Source: Octopus sinensis (lineage: Eukaryota). From it: a DNA stretch of 64,000 nucleotides. The translations under genes and the position numbers were made by a program. The stretch spans positions 113,708,001 to 113,772,000 of the forward strand of contig NC_043002.1 in NCBI RefSeq assembly GCF_006345805.1. The letters run 5' to 3'. Below the pieces are notes generated by a model. That model had not been told where the DNA came from. It made no database searches and was given only the letters and a program-made list of their open reading frames with translations. Shown piece by piece: positions 35,032-47,849 of this stretch; position 1 is the stretch's first letter, and the number at the start of each line of letters is the position of its first letter.

Positions 35032-36277
35032 CAGGGTGCAGCAGAAAGGGTGCCCGGATTTCAAAAGTTAATATAAAACAAACACATGAAGATGCATGAA
35101 AAAACTTTGTATTTCTATGAAGTTCATTAAATGCCACATTTTCTGTTTCAGGTAGTTCCTACCATGGCCTGCAGTGGAGAGCATTGTATATTTGTTGTTG
35201 AAGAGTTTGTTAAGAATGGTGAATCCATCATAACGATGCAACGTTCATTCTGATGCCACTTTGTGCTTCATCGTCATAATCCTGTACCAGATGGTGAAAC
35301 AATTTGTGGGTGGGTTTCCAATGTTAGACAAACATCATCAGCTTTAAACAGGAAAAGTCCTGGCCATCCTAGGACCGCTACAAGGCCAGAAAATGTCAGA
35401 GCTGTGGTAGCTTCAATGTAGCAGTCTCCCAGATGTTCCACTTGAAAACACACATCTACCTTATATATATTTCTTTACTACCCACAAGGGGCTAAACACA
35501 GAGGGGACAAACAAGGACAGACAAACGGATGAAGTCGATTAAATCGACCCCAGTGCATAACTGGTACTTTATTTATCGACCCCAAAAGGATGAAAGGCAA
35601 AGTCGACCTTGGCGGAATTTGAACTCAGAACATAACAGCAGACGAAATACGGCTATGCATTTCGCCCGGCGTGCTAACGTTTCTGCCAGCTCGCCGTCTG
35701 ATCAAAGTGTCTGCAGAATCTTACACAAGTCTCTTCACATGCACCCCTACAAGATAATGGTCGTACAGGTGTTAAGTGAGAGGAATTATGAAACCCGCAC
35801 AAATTTGTGTTGAGACATTCTCCAGACCATCCTCCCAACAGCTATTCTGGTCTGCAGTGATGAAGCACACTTCCATTTATCAGGGAATGGTAAATAAACA
35901 AAACTTTCGATACTGGTTGGACAATAACCCTCATTCCCCAGATTTAACCCCGTGTGATTTTTTCTGTGGGGGCACCTCAAATCATGAGTGTATCAATACC
36001 GTCCAGCAACTGTAGAAGATTTAAAGGCAGCAACAACTCAGGAAATCATTACGATTCCACAGGACATGGTTCAAAGGGCTATGGTTAACTTTCGAGAGAG
36101 ACTTCAAAACTGCAGCAACGTTGGCAGTCACCACTTACGTGATAGAATTTTAAAAACCACTTGAATAACAATGGCATTTAATGTACTTCACAGAAATTAC
36201 AAAGTTTTTTCTTGTATCTTCATGTGTTTGTTTTTTATTAACCTTTGAAATTGGAGCAACCTTTCTGCCACACCCTA
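35032..36277 (+). mobile_element. Tc1/mariner element with about 110-bp TIRs, internally deleted; SINE C nested at 35470-35695
   Basis: TA|CAGGGTG...CACCCT(A)|TA. Transposase relic ...PRTATRPENV...LHMHPYKIMVVQ...SDEAHFHLSGMVNKQNFRYW...SPDLTPCDFF; the second-D region is deleted. Confidence 0.85.
35470..35695 (-). mobile_element. tRNA-derived SINE, family C (Nin/Deu-like central domain)
   Basis: Head GGCGAGCTGGCAGAAACGTTAGCAC...GAGTTCAAATTCC, then GTCGACTTTGCCTTTCATCCTTTTGGGGTCGATAAA. Other copies at 43712-43925, 26190-26370, 48490-48680 and 50930-51080. Confidence 0.75.
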
Positions 36278-37057
36278 TAGTATCGGTAAAAATCAATAGG
36301 AATAACTCAAAGAGCAGAATAAATGTTATGCATGAGAAAGAAGAAAAGTCTATGATTTGAGCAGAACGTTTTCTCAAGAAGTGGTAGGGAGATAGAAATT
36401 TAAATAAGAAATCAAAGGAGACAGATTAGAAATTGCTTGGTTGCATTATTCAGCAACAATTTTCCATGTTGATAAGAGAATTAATGCAATACTTTATAAT
36501 AAAATACAGCCTCTCAATAACAACGTATACATTTACACAAACATGTTTTTGGAATGGATAAACACTTACCTTCTTGTTGAGATATTGCTATATGTCAATT
36601 ACTTCCTCTATCTACAACTGAAGTGGTTCTCTTGAATTTCTTGCAATTCAGTAATCAATTTCCCACAACTTCACACTTGTTTGGTTTGTTTACATAACAG
36701 GACCTTTTCAAAGAAGACCACAAAGCTCAGTTTTCAAAATGTCAATAACAAAAGCACAATCTAAAGAGTTTTATTTTCCTTATTGATTACCAATGACAAA
36801 TTAGCAGAAGTATTAGCTCAACAAAAGTGTCTTAAACACATGGTAACATTCAAATATATTTATACTACTCAATGCATTTACAGCTAATTGTAAAAATTAT
36901 GATATAATAAAGAAAATGAGAAATAATGAATATTTACTAGAAACTAGTTTTGCATCTTAACATGTCTATTTATATTTTGCCAAATGAAGTACAGCTGCTG
37001 ATGTATCAAAAGTTTACGGAAGTAGAGATTATACTATCTTCTTTCATTAACCAGGCC

Positions 37058-37341
37058 TTGGCTGATGCCAGTGCCGCCTCGACTGGCTTCCGTGCCGGTG
37101 GCACGTAAAATGCACCAATCCGACCGTGACCGTTGCCAGCCTCGCCTGGCACCTGTGCCAGTGGCACGTAAAAAGCACACACTACACTCACAGAGTGGTT
37201 GGTGATAGGAAGGGCATCCAGCCGTAGAAACACTGCCAGATCAGACTGGAGCCTGGTGCAGCCTTCTGGCTTCCCAGATCCCCAGTCCAACCCATGCTAG
37301 CATGGAGAACGGACGTTAAACGATGATGATGATGATGATGA
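37058..37341 (+). mobile_element. RTE LINE 3' UTR fragment
   Basis: GGAAGGGCATCCAGCC...CCAACCCATGCTAGCATGG...(GAT)n. Similar tails at 8860-9120, 23245-23320, 32560-32610, 45830-45930, 49670-49870, 55180-55270, 57975-58120 and 62275-62520. Confidence 0.8.
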
Positions 37342-37935
37342 TTTACAGACAGAAATACTGTATTAAGGATTTATAATCACCTTAAGTACATTTTATCTCA
37401 TTTAATGATGTTTACATTCGTTTTTCATGTTATCACAGCTCTAATGATGTTTTCCACAGTAAGATATTTGCATATTGTTAAAATAATTGTCTTAACAGTT
37501 GGATACTTTATAACTAACAACTCAGTTCTGGAATACAAGTGGAGACTGTTGTTAGTCAAACTGTGGCAAGCAGAGTTATGTGTCTTTCTCAGAGGTGTAT
37601 AACAGGTCTACACTTTGATTTAAACCTCAGACTTGTTTTTCAATTAAAAAAATTTCTGGTAAACAATAGATGGAGTTTTGGCAAATATCTGACCAATAAA
37701 ATTTACACATAAACAGCTGCCAGATTTTTGAGTAAGGAACTTATCACAGATCTGTTCAATGAGATTTGTTCTAGAACATATTTAACCCTTTCTTTACTGT
37801 ATTTATTTTGAGATGCTCTGTGTTTCTTTCAATTACTTTAAACATAACAAAGAATTTAGTAAAATAACTTAGTTATCATTCAGCTGGTGTCAGGAACATA
37901 AATTGTGACTAAGGTTTGGTGACTATATATATATA

Positions 37936-38106
37936 GGCGCAGGAGTGGCTGTGTGGTAAGTAGCTTGTTTACCAACCACATGGTTCCGGGTTCAGTCCCA
38001 CTGCGTGGCACCTTGGGCAAGTGTCTTCTATGATAGCCTCAGGCCGACCAAAGCCTTGTGAGTGGATTTGGTAGACGGAAACTGAAAGAAGCCCGTCGTA
38101 TATATG

Positions 38107-38170
<64 letters not shown>

Positions 38171-38380
38171 CATGTGTTTGTGTTTGTCCCCCGATCATTG
38201 CTTGACAACCGATGCTGGTGTGTTTATATCCCCGTCACTTAGCGGTTCGGCAAAAGAGACTGATAGAATAAGTACTGGGCTTACAAAGAATAAGTCCCGG
38301 GGTCGAGTTGCTCGATTAAAGGCGGTGCTCCAGCATGGCCGCAGTCAAATGACTGAAACAAGTAAAAGAGTAAAAGAGTA
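37936..38380 (+). mobile_element. tRNA-derived SINE, family B
   Basis: Complete GGCGCAGGAGTGGCTGTGTGG head, (TA)(TG) core and AGTAAAAG tail. Confidence 0.9.
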
Positions 38381-39016
38381 TATAAACTCACTGGATTTAA
38401 TTATAAGGGACTACTGTCCCTTAAAAATAAGATAAATGGATGAATGAGAAAACTAATGTCTCGTTTTTGATTCATCGTGTGTTTAGTGTTAAAAGCGTGT
38501 ATCAGACATGATAGTCCAAGCTAAAACAATAGAGTAATATCAAGAAGTTCTGTTTCTAGTAATAGTTTTTTACACTGGAAAACAATAATATTCCTGTGAA
38601 AGTGCTGAATGTGCTAGTGTTAGTGTAGGCACTTTGCTTTACAGTTCATCATTTTGACATTTGTAAATGCAGAGCCTCAACTGAATACAAGAATTCGCCT
38701 AACATCATGCTTTGTGGCTCACATCACTTAGCTCCTGACTTCCTCTGTCATTCTCTATTTTTCTCTCCAGACCTGTCCTCTTTAACCCTTTCGTTACCAA
38801 CCTGGCTGAAACCGGCTCTGACTCTGTAGTATGAAAGTCTTGTTTTCATAAGTTTGGAATATTTGCTGTTCTTCCATGAAAAGAATAACCTATTTCACAT
38901 GTCTTTGAAAGCTTTGTTTACAGGAAGTTCTCAACAGATGACACCAATATCTGCAATCCTTCAAATAAATGTAAACAAACATACTTGCACATGTGCACAC
39001 ACACATATATATATAT

Positions 39017-39061
<45 letters not shown>

Positions 39062-39326
39062 CATCATCATCATCATTCATTTATTTAATGTCTGTTTCCC
39101 ATGTTGATGTGATATATATATATACATACACTCATGATAGCCTTTATATAGTTTCTGTAAACCAAGTTCACAAATTCACTTACAAAGAATTAATCAGCCT
39201 TGTGGGTAAGAAAACACTTACCCACGGGCCATTCTGTGGGACCCAGTCAGAAACTATATGGTTGTGAAGCAAACTTCTTAATTACACAGCCATACACACA
39301 CACACAGCCATGCACACACACACACA

Positions 39327-39371
<45 letters not shown>

Positions 39372-39401
39372 CCATGCACACAAACACACATGTATAAGAA
39401 A

Positions 39402-39788
39402 CTAGCAGTATCGCCCGGCGTTGTTCGTGTTTGTAAGGGAAATAACTATATAAGCATTTTTAGAGATGTAAAGTATAATAGCCATCTCAATATGGCTAAC
39501 CACAAAGGGGGTGGGGTGTTACTGTAGCTTTTTACGTTCTGAGATTTAATAATAAATTTTTAGAGAGTTACTTCCCTTATATATGCCAAAAATGGGAAAA
39601 ATTGATGGTAAATTTTTTTTAAATCATAGACTCATCGTAGATGCGCGCTAATACCCAGAAGGGCTCGATATGAATCACGACTATAAGATACCCGGTTTTG
39701 GTTAAACTGCACCGCAAAATGTGGGAGTAGTTAGGAATCTAAATCGTAGGAGACAGACAGCACACAACCTCTCTTTTATACATAAAGA
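39402..39788 (-). mobile_element. Non-autonomous Helitron, family 1
   Basis: A|TC...hairpin...CTAG|T. Confidence 0.8.
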
Positions 39789-40633
39789 TGACATATGGGG
39801 TAGAAGTGATTGAGAGAAAGTGGAAGCATAAAAAAACAATAGAGTGAGGGGCAGAGGAAGGTTTCACTGGTTGGAGTTCCATGTATTTTGATAGAAATGA
39901 AAAAGCAAATTTTTGCTGTAAAAATTTAAAATTCAAAATATATTTCCAAATGAAAAAAATTCAAAACAAAATATGCTAAATGTTCATGGCAGTTCACCCC
40001 CCCTCTCTCTCTCTCTCACACACACACACACATGCACGCACATTCGCGTGCACACACTCACACACAAACACAAACACTCACAGGCATGTAAGTGATATAA
40101 TTTGTGACGGTGTCAAATAACAGAATGATTGAGAGTCAGAATAAATTGTTATTGAAACAATTTATAGAAACAGTTTTTCTTCCTCTTTTATTCTTTCTTT
40201 CCCTGTGATCACTTGTTTATTTTAATAAATGTGGAAATTGTTTAATAAATATTTTGCTTTTTTAAATAGTAGAAAACAAGAATAGTGTTTAAGGGAACAA
40301 GCATGTGATTTAATAAAATGAACAGACAACATTCAACTCAATATCAAACTATTTTATAATAGTTTTGCGGAGTAGATGAAACCATGGCGACAGAAGAAGG
40401 GGAATGGTCCTTGTCTTGTATGTCTTGTACTCTATCTTTTCGTTGTTTAAGAAAAATGTCCATTTCCTTGGTTTTGTGTTTATGTTTTCGTTTCTCATTG
40501 TGTTCAACGTTTTTTTGGTGTCCTGTACCCATATATGCATGTATATATACATATAGAGGTAGGTACGTACATATATGTATGTATATATGCATATATTTTA
40601 TTTATTAATTTGTTATATATATATGTATATATG

Positions 40634-40664
<31 letters not shown>

Positions 40665-40680
40665 GTATGTATATATATAT

Positions 40681-42850
40681 CATAGTTATAGAAAATACAG
40701 AGATTCTTTTAGACTTATACAAACATATACATATATGCATCCGCATTAATACATACTATCATACTTGGCTAGTAAGTGGTGATTATTTTAATAAGTTGGA
40801 TTAAAAGAGAATGTTAGATCTAATATTTACTAAGTTTGGAGAAAAACCTATTATTTATTTAGTATATATATTATGAGTAGGCATAATATTCAATAACCGT
40901 GGACAAAATTCTTATTAATTAAGTGTATATATTAGGAGTTAATAATATATATTAGAATAATATATATAAGACTATAGGGAATAACGAATCTCGAAAGAAT
41001 ATAGATAACATTAATCTTTCCCACCCTTACTCAAATAAAAAATACAAAAAAAAAAATGCTATATGGTTAAATATCCCCTTCAACAAAGCGATCTCTACGA
41101 ATATATATGGCAGATTGTGATATGGCAGTGATAATGATAACATCAATGATATAAATAATAAAAATAAAGATGTGATATGTGAGAAAAGTGGGAAAAGATT
41201 AATAACTAGCAACCCTAATTTATATAACAATATAACTATAGATAGGGGAAAGAACACTAATACTAATAATAGCTCTAGTAACGAAAATGAAGATGGATTG
41301 TCTCTAAAGGATACTAATACCATGAATTATCCCCTCCATAATAGTTATCTTTATTTCGGTTGTTCGGTGGATTTAAAAAAAGCGTTTGAACAATCATATT
41401 TCCTCCTTTAGGCTTAAATATAAGGCAGGTTGCACAACACTGTCCAGTAAAATTTGGGAACTGAAAGAAAAAAATATCGAATTTAACCTGAAATGGGATA
41501 TAGTAAGAAAGGTACAGCCTTATAAAAATAGTAGAGATGGTTGTCAACTTTGTTCTATGGAAATATATGAAATTTTAAAACATTGGAATAATACAAATTT
41601 GTTAAATAACCGTTCTGAACTAGGTTTATCTTGCATGCATCGCACAACCCGTACGTTTAAATATTTTAAATGATAATATTCTGACCATTCCTAAATTTTC
41701 AAATCCTAATCCATTATAATCAAATAAAAATGTTTATACCATACTAGCTTTTATTCAACTTGCATAGATTAATAAGAAACTTCATTGCATATATAGAATT
41801 AAATTCTCTCTCTCTCTTTTTTCTTTTTTTCTTTTTTTGATTATCTCCTATATTATATAGAAAAAATTCTATGTATCTAAAGAAATTACTCAGTTCATCT
41901 TGATTACCTCACTTCCATTTTTTAATATATATTATTGACCCTGGATACTTTTACCTAACTAATTAGCCTTTCTCTGCAGGTAGTAAATATTATGTCTAAC
42001 AGATTATTTTAATTTAATTCATTAATAACAAATCACCATCTACTAAATCTAAGAAAATTACACATCATGATAACTCCTCTTCCATTTTTTCTAATATATA
42101 TTATTAACTCCTAATGTATACACTTAATTAATAAGACTTTTGTCCACGGTTATTGAATATTATACCTACTCATAATATATATATACTAAATAAATAATAG
42201 GTTTTTTCTCCAAACTTAGTAAATATTAGATCTAACATTCTCTTTTAATCCAACTTATCGAAATAATCACCACTTACTAGCCAAGTATGATCGTATATAT
42301 TAATGCGGATGCATATATGTATATGTTTGTATAAGTGTAAAAGAACCTCTATATTTTCTATAACCATGTAGTATAAAGATGGTTATTGTGACTATTTAGT
42401 ATTGGCCTAGTTTTCCTGATAAAAATCAGAGTGCTAAATAGTAGTAAACAACCTCTAAGACAATACTAGTCTATAATCCCCCTACCACTTTAACTTCATC
42501 AGGAATAACTTTTGACATTCATTTCACCCCTTCCTATATCTATAAATAGAAAAACTCTTTTGTCTCCATTCAACCGAATATCCCTCCCCACTCACTAGCA
42601 GATCAAAATAACAAAAAAAAATCTACAGTCAGAAGATAAATTCTAACACCTTAATGTTCTTAACATTCAAATCAACCTCTCTGTCTGTATATCTACCATC
42701 TTTATAATGTTATCAATTAACATGGAAATAAGTATATGTATTGATGGAAAACCTCTATGAATGGCTGATGATTGCTCAACATTTTAAAACTGATGTAATA
42801 CATATAATGTTTAATAAAATGATGTAGCGTGAAACGATCATACCAAATTA
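40681..42850 (+). mobile_element. Penelope-like element relic (RT-EN linker, GIY-YIG endonuclease, 280-bp inverted repeat)
   Basis: AIWLNIPFNKAISTNI (about 41057-41104), YLYFGCSVDLKK, then NNHISSFR...LSSKIWELKEKNIEFNLKW...CQLCSME...LLNNRSELGLSCMH (to 41670). Inverted repeat 40681-40957 / 42089-42368; hammerhead relic at 42762-42845. Confidence 0.8.
42762..42845 (+). ncRNA. Degenerate hammerhead ribozyme motif
   Basis: TGG-CTGATGA-T-TGCT..CATTTTA..TAAAATG..AGCG-T-GAAAC-GATC-ATA-CCA; restoring G at 42840 would give the palindrome ACGATCGT and a GUA cleavage triplet. Confidence 0.5.
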
Positions 42851-43010
42851 CCGAAGATATTCTTGTTGCTTACTTTGATTATAATCACCCCAAGGATTTA
42901 TATGGATAACACCATACAAAATTCTGGTGCATCTGACTTAAGTACCATATTCATTTGAATCTAAATTTTGCTGAACTTATATATATACACACACACACAC
43001 ACACAGAACC

Positions 43011-45799
43011 ATACTAATAGCTTAGGAGTGCAATTTAGGATTTCTTGGTTTTCTGTGAATTGATTTTAATAAAACTTTTCAGAGCAGGTTTGCACACCAT
43101 GTCAATACCATTATTATGTTTTTATTATTCTGTGTAACATCCTTTTCCATTTCAGATTCTTCAGTTTTTGGGTGAACCATGCTGATAGCCTCTCTCCTCT
43201 CTAAGAACAATGGGATGTGGAAAAGTTGTTAATGATGAAAAATAGTCTGTCATCATCAAGGGAAGTGCTAGAGCAACTTCTCTGCATGTCATTGCAGAGA
43301 AGTTAGGTTGTCATTTGGACATGGTTAGACAGTTCCTGAAGGACCCTTCACCAAGGAAGAAATGATCTGACTGTAACAGCTGAGAATTTAAGGAGTGTTG
43401 GCTGCAGGTTATGTGGGAAACCTGGATAAACAAGCGAAGCTATTTTCACTGCCTCCGGATTTCCTCATGTACTGAAAACCACCAGAATTTGTATCCTAAG
43501 GGCCATAGCTTCCATGCAAGAACCCATGAAACTGCTTCCTTTAATGCCCCATCACAGGAGTTTGAGGCTTCAATGGGCCCAAAAGTATATGACATTAGAC
43601 ATGAGTTGTATTCTCTTCAGTGATGAAACCAGGGTGACTCTGGATGGACCTGACAGTTGGGAAAATGGCTGGGTCTGTTTTGGAGATGAGCATCACCAAT
43701 ATTTACTATTTTTTTACTACCCACAAGGGGCTAAACACAGAGGGGACAAAGGGATTAAGTCAATTATATTGACCCCAGTGCATAACTGGTACTTATTTAA
43801 TCGACCCCGAAAGGATGAAAGGCAAAGTCGACCTTGGCGGAATTTGAACTCAGAACGTAACCGCAGACGAAATACTACTAAGCACTTCACCCGGCGTGCT
43901 AACGATTCTACCAGCTCGCCGCCTTCTACCAAATATTTACAATGTCAACAACAGGGTGGAGGAGTCATGTTGTGGGCTGATATCATTGTTGACAGATTTG
44001 GTGGCCCAGTCAGGGTGCCTGAAGGGGCTAAAGTGACCGCAGCCACCTACTGCAATTTCCTGAAGGAGGCTTTGGATTTGTAGGAAATACGAATAAGGAG
44101 TGGGTGACGAATGTCTCCTTTTGAACACCGCACAGTCGCCCCTAACAAAATAAGAAGCCAAATACATAATATAAAATACAGTGTCAAAAGAAATAAATGA
44201 GGACAACAACCGTTCTACTGTTTGAGAGAGAAGAAGACTTTATTTACAAAGTGTACAAAAAGAGTGTGTGTGAGTGCTAGCAAAGTGTTGCGTCTGTGTG
44301 CATGCGACAAGTGTTTGTGTCTGTGTGTTTGTGCACACGCCTGAAGGTGTATGCGTATAAAACAGAATACAGCGCATAAGATGAATGTCTCAGCATATTG
44401 AGTTAAGATGGAATTAGTTTACCAGTTCATAAATGAGGTACACAATTGCAATAGTTCTATAACAAGATGTTGGGGTCACGAGGCAGAATGCCGGTTGGGC
44501 ACATGTCGTGCAGTGGTTTGTGACTTCAATGCCGTGCTGAGTCTCTTGATACAGGAAATTCTTTCAGGTAGACTGTAGCTGTTTACCTCAATGAAATATT
44601 CATAACAGCGTGGAGTTTAAACCTGGACAATGTTGGTATGTACATATTGCTGAAGTCGACGGAGATGGAAACGACGTAGAGTTGAAGGACAACGATGGTG
44701 ATGGTGGCAGCAGAGAAAGGCAACGATGAGATGAGAGCGATGGAGATGGAGAACGTCCTGTCTGTCACTGGTGTGAGTTAGCATCATCATGGCTGGAGCA
44801 GGAACATGGTTGGCTGGCTGGTCGTCTGTCGCTAGAACTGGAACATGGCTGAGTAGCTCTGTGGTCAGTGACTAGACCTTAGAAGGTCTAGAGCCAAAAG
44901 ACCTGGAATAGTGAATGCTGGCGCCTTATAAAGCCTCGGGTAGGCTCAAATGAAGTAGACCTTATCCGAAGGCCTTGATTGGTTGGCTTACACACTGACG
45001 CAAAATAAGTCAAGAGACAAACCACGCCAATGCCAACCAATTACAGCAGTGGACACAACAGGGTCAAACTAGCCAAACATGGTTGTTATCTAGCACGAGA
45101 TCATTCCTAATATGTCTCTCAGTGTGGATATCAGTTACACTACAGATTCCTGGCTAGATAACATACTGCCATCACTTCTAAGGAATCTCATATTCATGCA
45201 TGACAATGCTCCCTCTCACTCTGCTAGGACCACCCAAACATTACTAGCATCTTACAGCATACAAGGTGAAAGGTTGATGGTGTGGCCACCTGCATCTCTG
45301 GATCTCACCCTTATCAAAAATCTTTGGTCCATCATTAAACAAGATGTTTATGCCAATGAAAGACATCTTATGGATGACCATCAAAGCTGTAGCAGAGGCA
45401 GTCCAACCTGCTACTATTAAGAAATTGACAGATTCCATGACTAACAGGGATTTTGAAGTTATCTGTCAAAATGGTGCTCATATGGCTTGATAGTTTATGT
45501 CAATAAATGTTATAATACTATTATGGTTTTCTGTTACTCAAAGTACGCTTAATATGTATCATTTCCCTTCATTTTCTGGAAAAAAATGTCTAGATGGGCT
45601 ATTTTCATTCAAAAGCTATTACCATGGTTCACCCAAAAACTGAAGAATCTGAAATAAAAAAGAAAGGATGTTACAAAGAATAATGAAAACATAGTAATGG
45701 TGTTATTATAGTGTGCAAACCAGCCGGGAAAAGTTTTATGAAAATTGATCAACAGAAAACCAAGAAATCCTAAATTTTACTCCTAAGGTATTAACGTGA
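43011..45799 (+). mobile_element. Tc1-family element with about 175-bp TIRs, interrupted by SINE C (43712-43925) and a solo LTR (44079-45144)
   Basis: TIRs at about 43011-43190 and 45616-45799. Transposase ...RLQWAQKY...ILFSDETRVTLDGPD...GGGVMLW...KEALD|SWLD...FMHDNAPSH...WPPASLDLTLIKNLW. Confidence 0.88.
44079..45144 (-). mobile_element. Solo LTR (1066 bp)
   Basis: TGTAG...CTACA termini and a 4-bp TSD GATT that restores the Tc1 reading D-S-W. On the minus strand there is a CCAAT (about 44980), a TATA-like TTTATAA (about 44927) and AATAAA (about 44240). Confidence 0.8.
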
Positions 45800-46059
45800 T
45801 TCTGGGTGTGTATATATATATAGATGAAACAAACTGTAGAGTCTGGTGCAGTTCTCTGGCTTGCAGGCTCCTGTCAAACTGTCCAGACCCATGCCTGCAT
45901 GGAAGGTGGACATTAAATGATGATGATGATAGTGATATATATAAATTAGTTTCAAAGATTTCTTAAGAAACGAAGCACATCAATATGTAAGACACCAGAA
46001 AATGGCTAAGTACAAACACATAGAGTTTACAGTAAAATAAAAAAAAAATGTAGACTTCA

Positions 46060-46800
46060 AGTATTGACAGGATACAGATTGTCATGGCCAAATTTCTGCT
46101 CCATCCAAAACAACAGAGAGTCCTTTAGAATGTCCAGGTACCCCTTTGTGCCAATCTTCAAGCCAGACTGTGAACACTTCCATCCCTCACCACGATCCAA
46201 ATATATGCAATCACTCGAGAATTTCTGCAATTCACATCAGCATCCACAGTGAACTTCTCATCCACAAACACAAGATTTTTTCATGCACCTTGAAACTTGA
46301 TTAATGATAGAAGCCATGGGCATCACTCAGCTCTGGTTGCTTTAGCCTTGGCTGTTAAGAGGTGACAGTGTCATTGAATACAGCTAATCATGCCAAGATT
46401 CCTGTTCACAGCTCTGGACACCATGGAAAGGGATTCACTGCATTTCTTTGCAAGAGTTGTCCTGGATGTGGATGGGTCAGCTTCAATCAAGTGTTTGAGG
46501 CCAGCAAGAAACTTTGGATTGCGTTTGGAATCACTTCAAGTCTTGTGTTCTTTTCTATCAATTTTTCCCTCTTCTCTGAATTGTTTATACACATGAAAAA
46601 CCGTTGCTTCTGGAAGTTTTCTCAACTTAACAATTTTATTGACAATGGCAGAACAATTCTGTTGTTGAATTAGAAATCACTATTTACCTGAAAAATAAAA
46701 AAGATTAGATTTCCAAGCAAGTAAGGTTTTGTCAAAGAATGAAATTAAACCCACTAAGTCAACTGCTAAAAATTAGTCTCAATTTATCTGCAAGACCCTG
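46060..46800 (-). mobile_element. Tc1/mariner (maT-like) relic with one TIR
   Basis: TA|CAGGGTCTTGCAGATAAATTGAGAC at 46800. Transposase PKFLAGLKHLIEADP...LTAKAKATR...VFVDEKFTVDADVNCRNSR. Confidence 0.75.
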
Positions 46801-47849
46801 TATGTGTACATATAAACAGAAAGAAAGCAAAGACTGAAGATTTTTAAGCGATGAATATTTAAGTGTAGATATATGGTGAAAAGTGGAGAGAAAGTGAGTA
46901 AGGAGAGAAGGCAAAGAAATGTGAGAGAGGAGGAAGGGAAGAACAAAGAGTGGAAAGAACGAATAAGTGTGAAAGGGCTGATAGACAGACATATACTTAC
47001 ATATAAGAGAGCAAAGTGTACATACACCACGATATATATATATATATATATATATATAGTGGTGTACGTACACTTTGCTCTCTCTCTGTGTATATGTATG
47101 TATGTATGTATGTATGTGTGTATGCATGTGTGCATGTATGCATGCACACACACACACACACACACACACGTATGCACATATGCCTGTGTGTGTATGTTCG
47201 TATGTGTAAGTATACAACCCCTACATTTCATCACCATTGCTTCTTTTTCTTGTCTTTTCTGTTGAAGTTGTTCTTATTTTCATTGTTTTGAATTTCTTTC
47301 GTTTTTCTTTTATCTCCCTAGGGAATTCATTGACTTTTTCATGTAGTTTTTCAATTTCTTTTAAATTTATTTACGTACTTTTTTCTTTATCTGATTTGAA
47401 ATTTTCAGATAACATCTTAACCAAAGTAAATAGATGGCTCATCTATGTACTTTGATCTTAACATGGGACCCCACGACTGCAGAGGCCCCCTGCAACCGCA
47501 AGGGTTGCAGGGGCTTAGTGATGGCCCTGAAGACAAGAATCACAATTAAAGTCTAGTTGCAAATAATTCAGTCATATTTCTACTTGAACAGAATTGTCCA
47601 ACAAAGGTGACAATTTTTAACATCTGCCATTCCATACTGGTTTTGGGTTAATAGATTTGCTGAACAGCAACTCTTGATGTAGCTCCATCCTCTGCTATAT
47701 AACATTTTCACATCTGACCTCTCTACATAATCACAAATTTCCCTTATGACAAATTCCTTCTGACACAAACTTGTTCTATTTTAACAATTACTGTGTTATT
47801 CATATGACTTACATACATATTTCAGTATATAATAACGAACTTATTGTAT

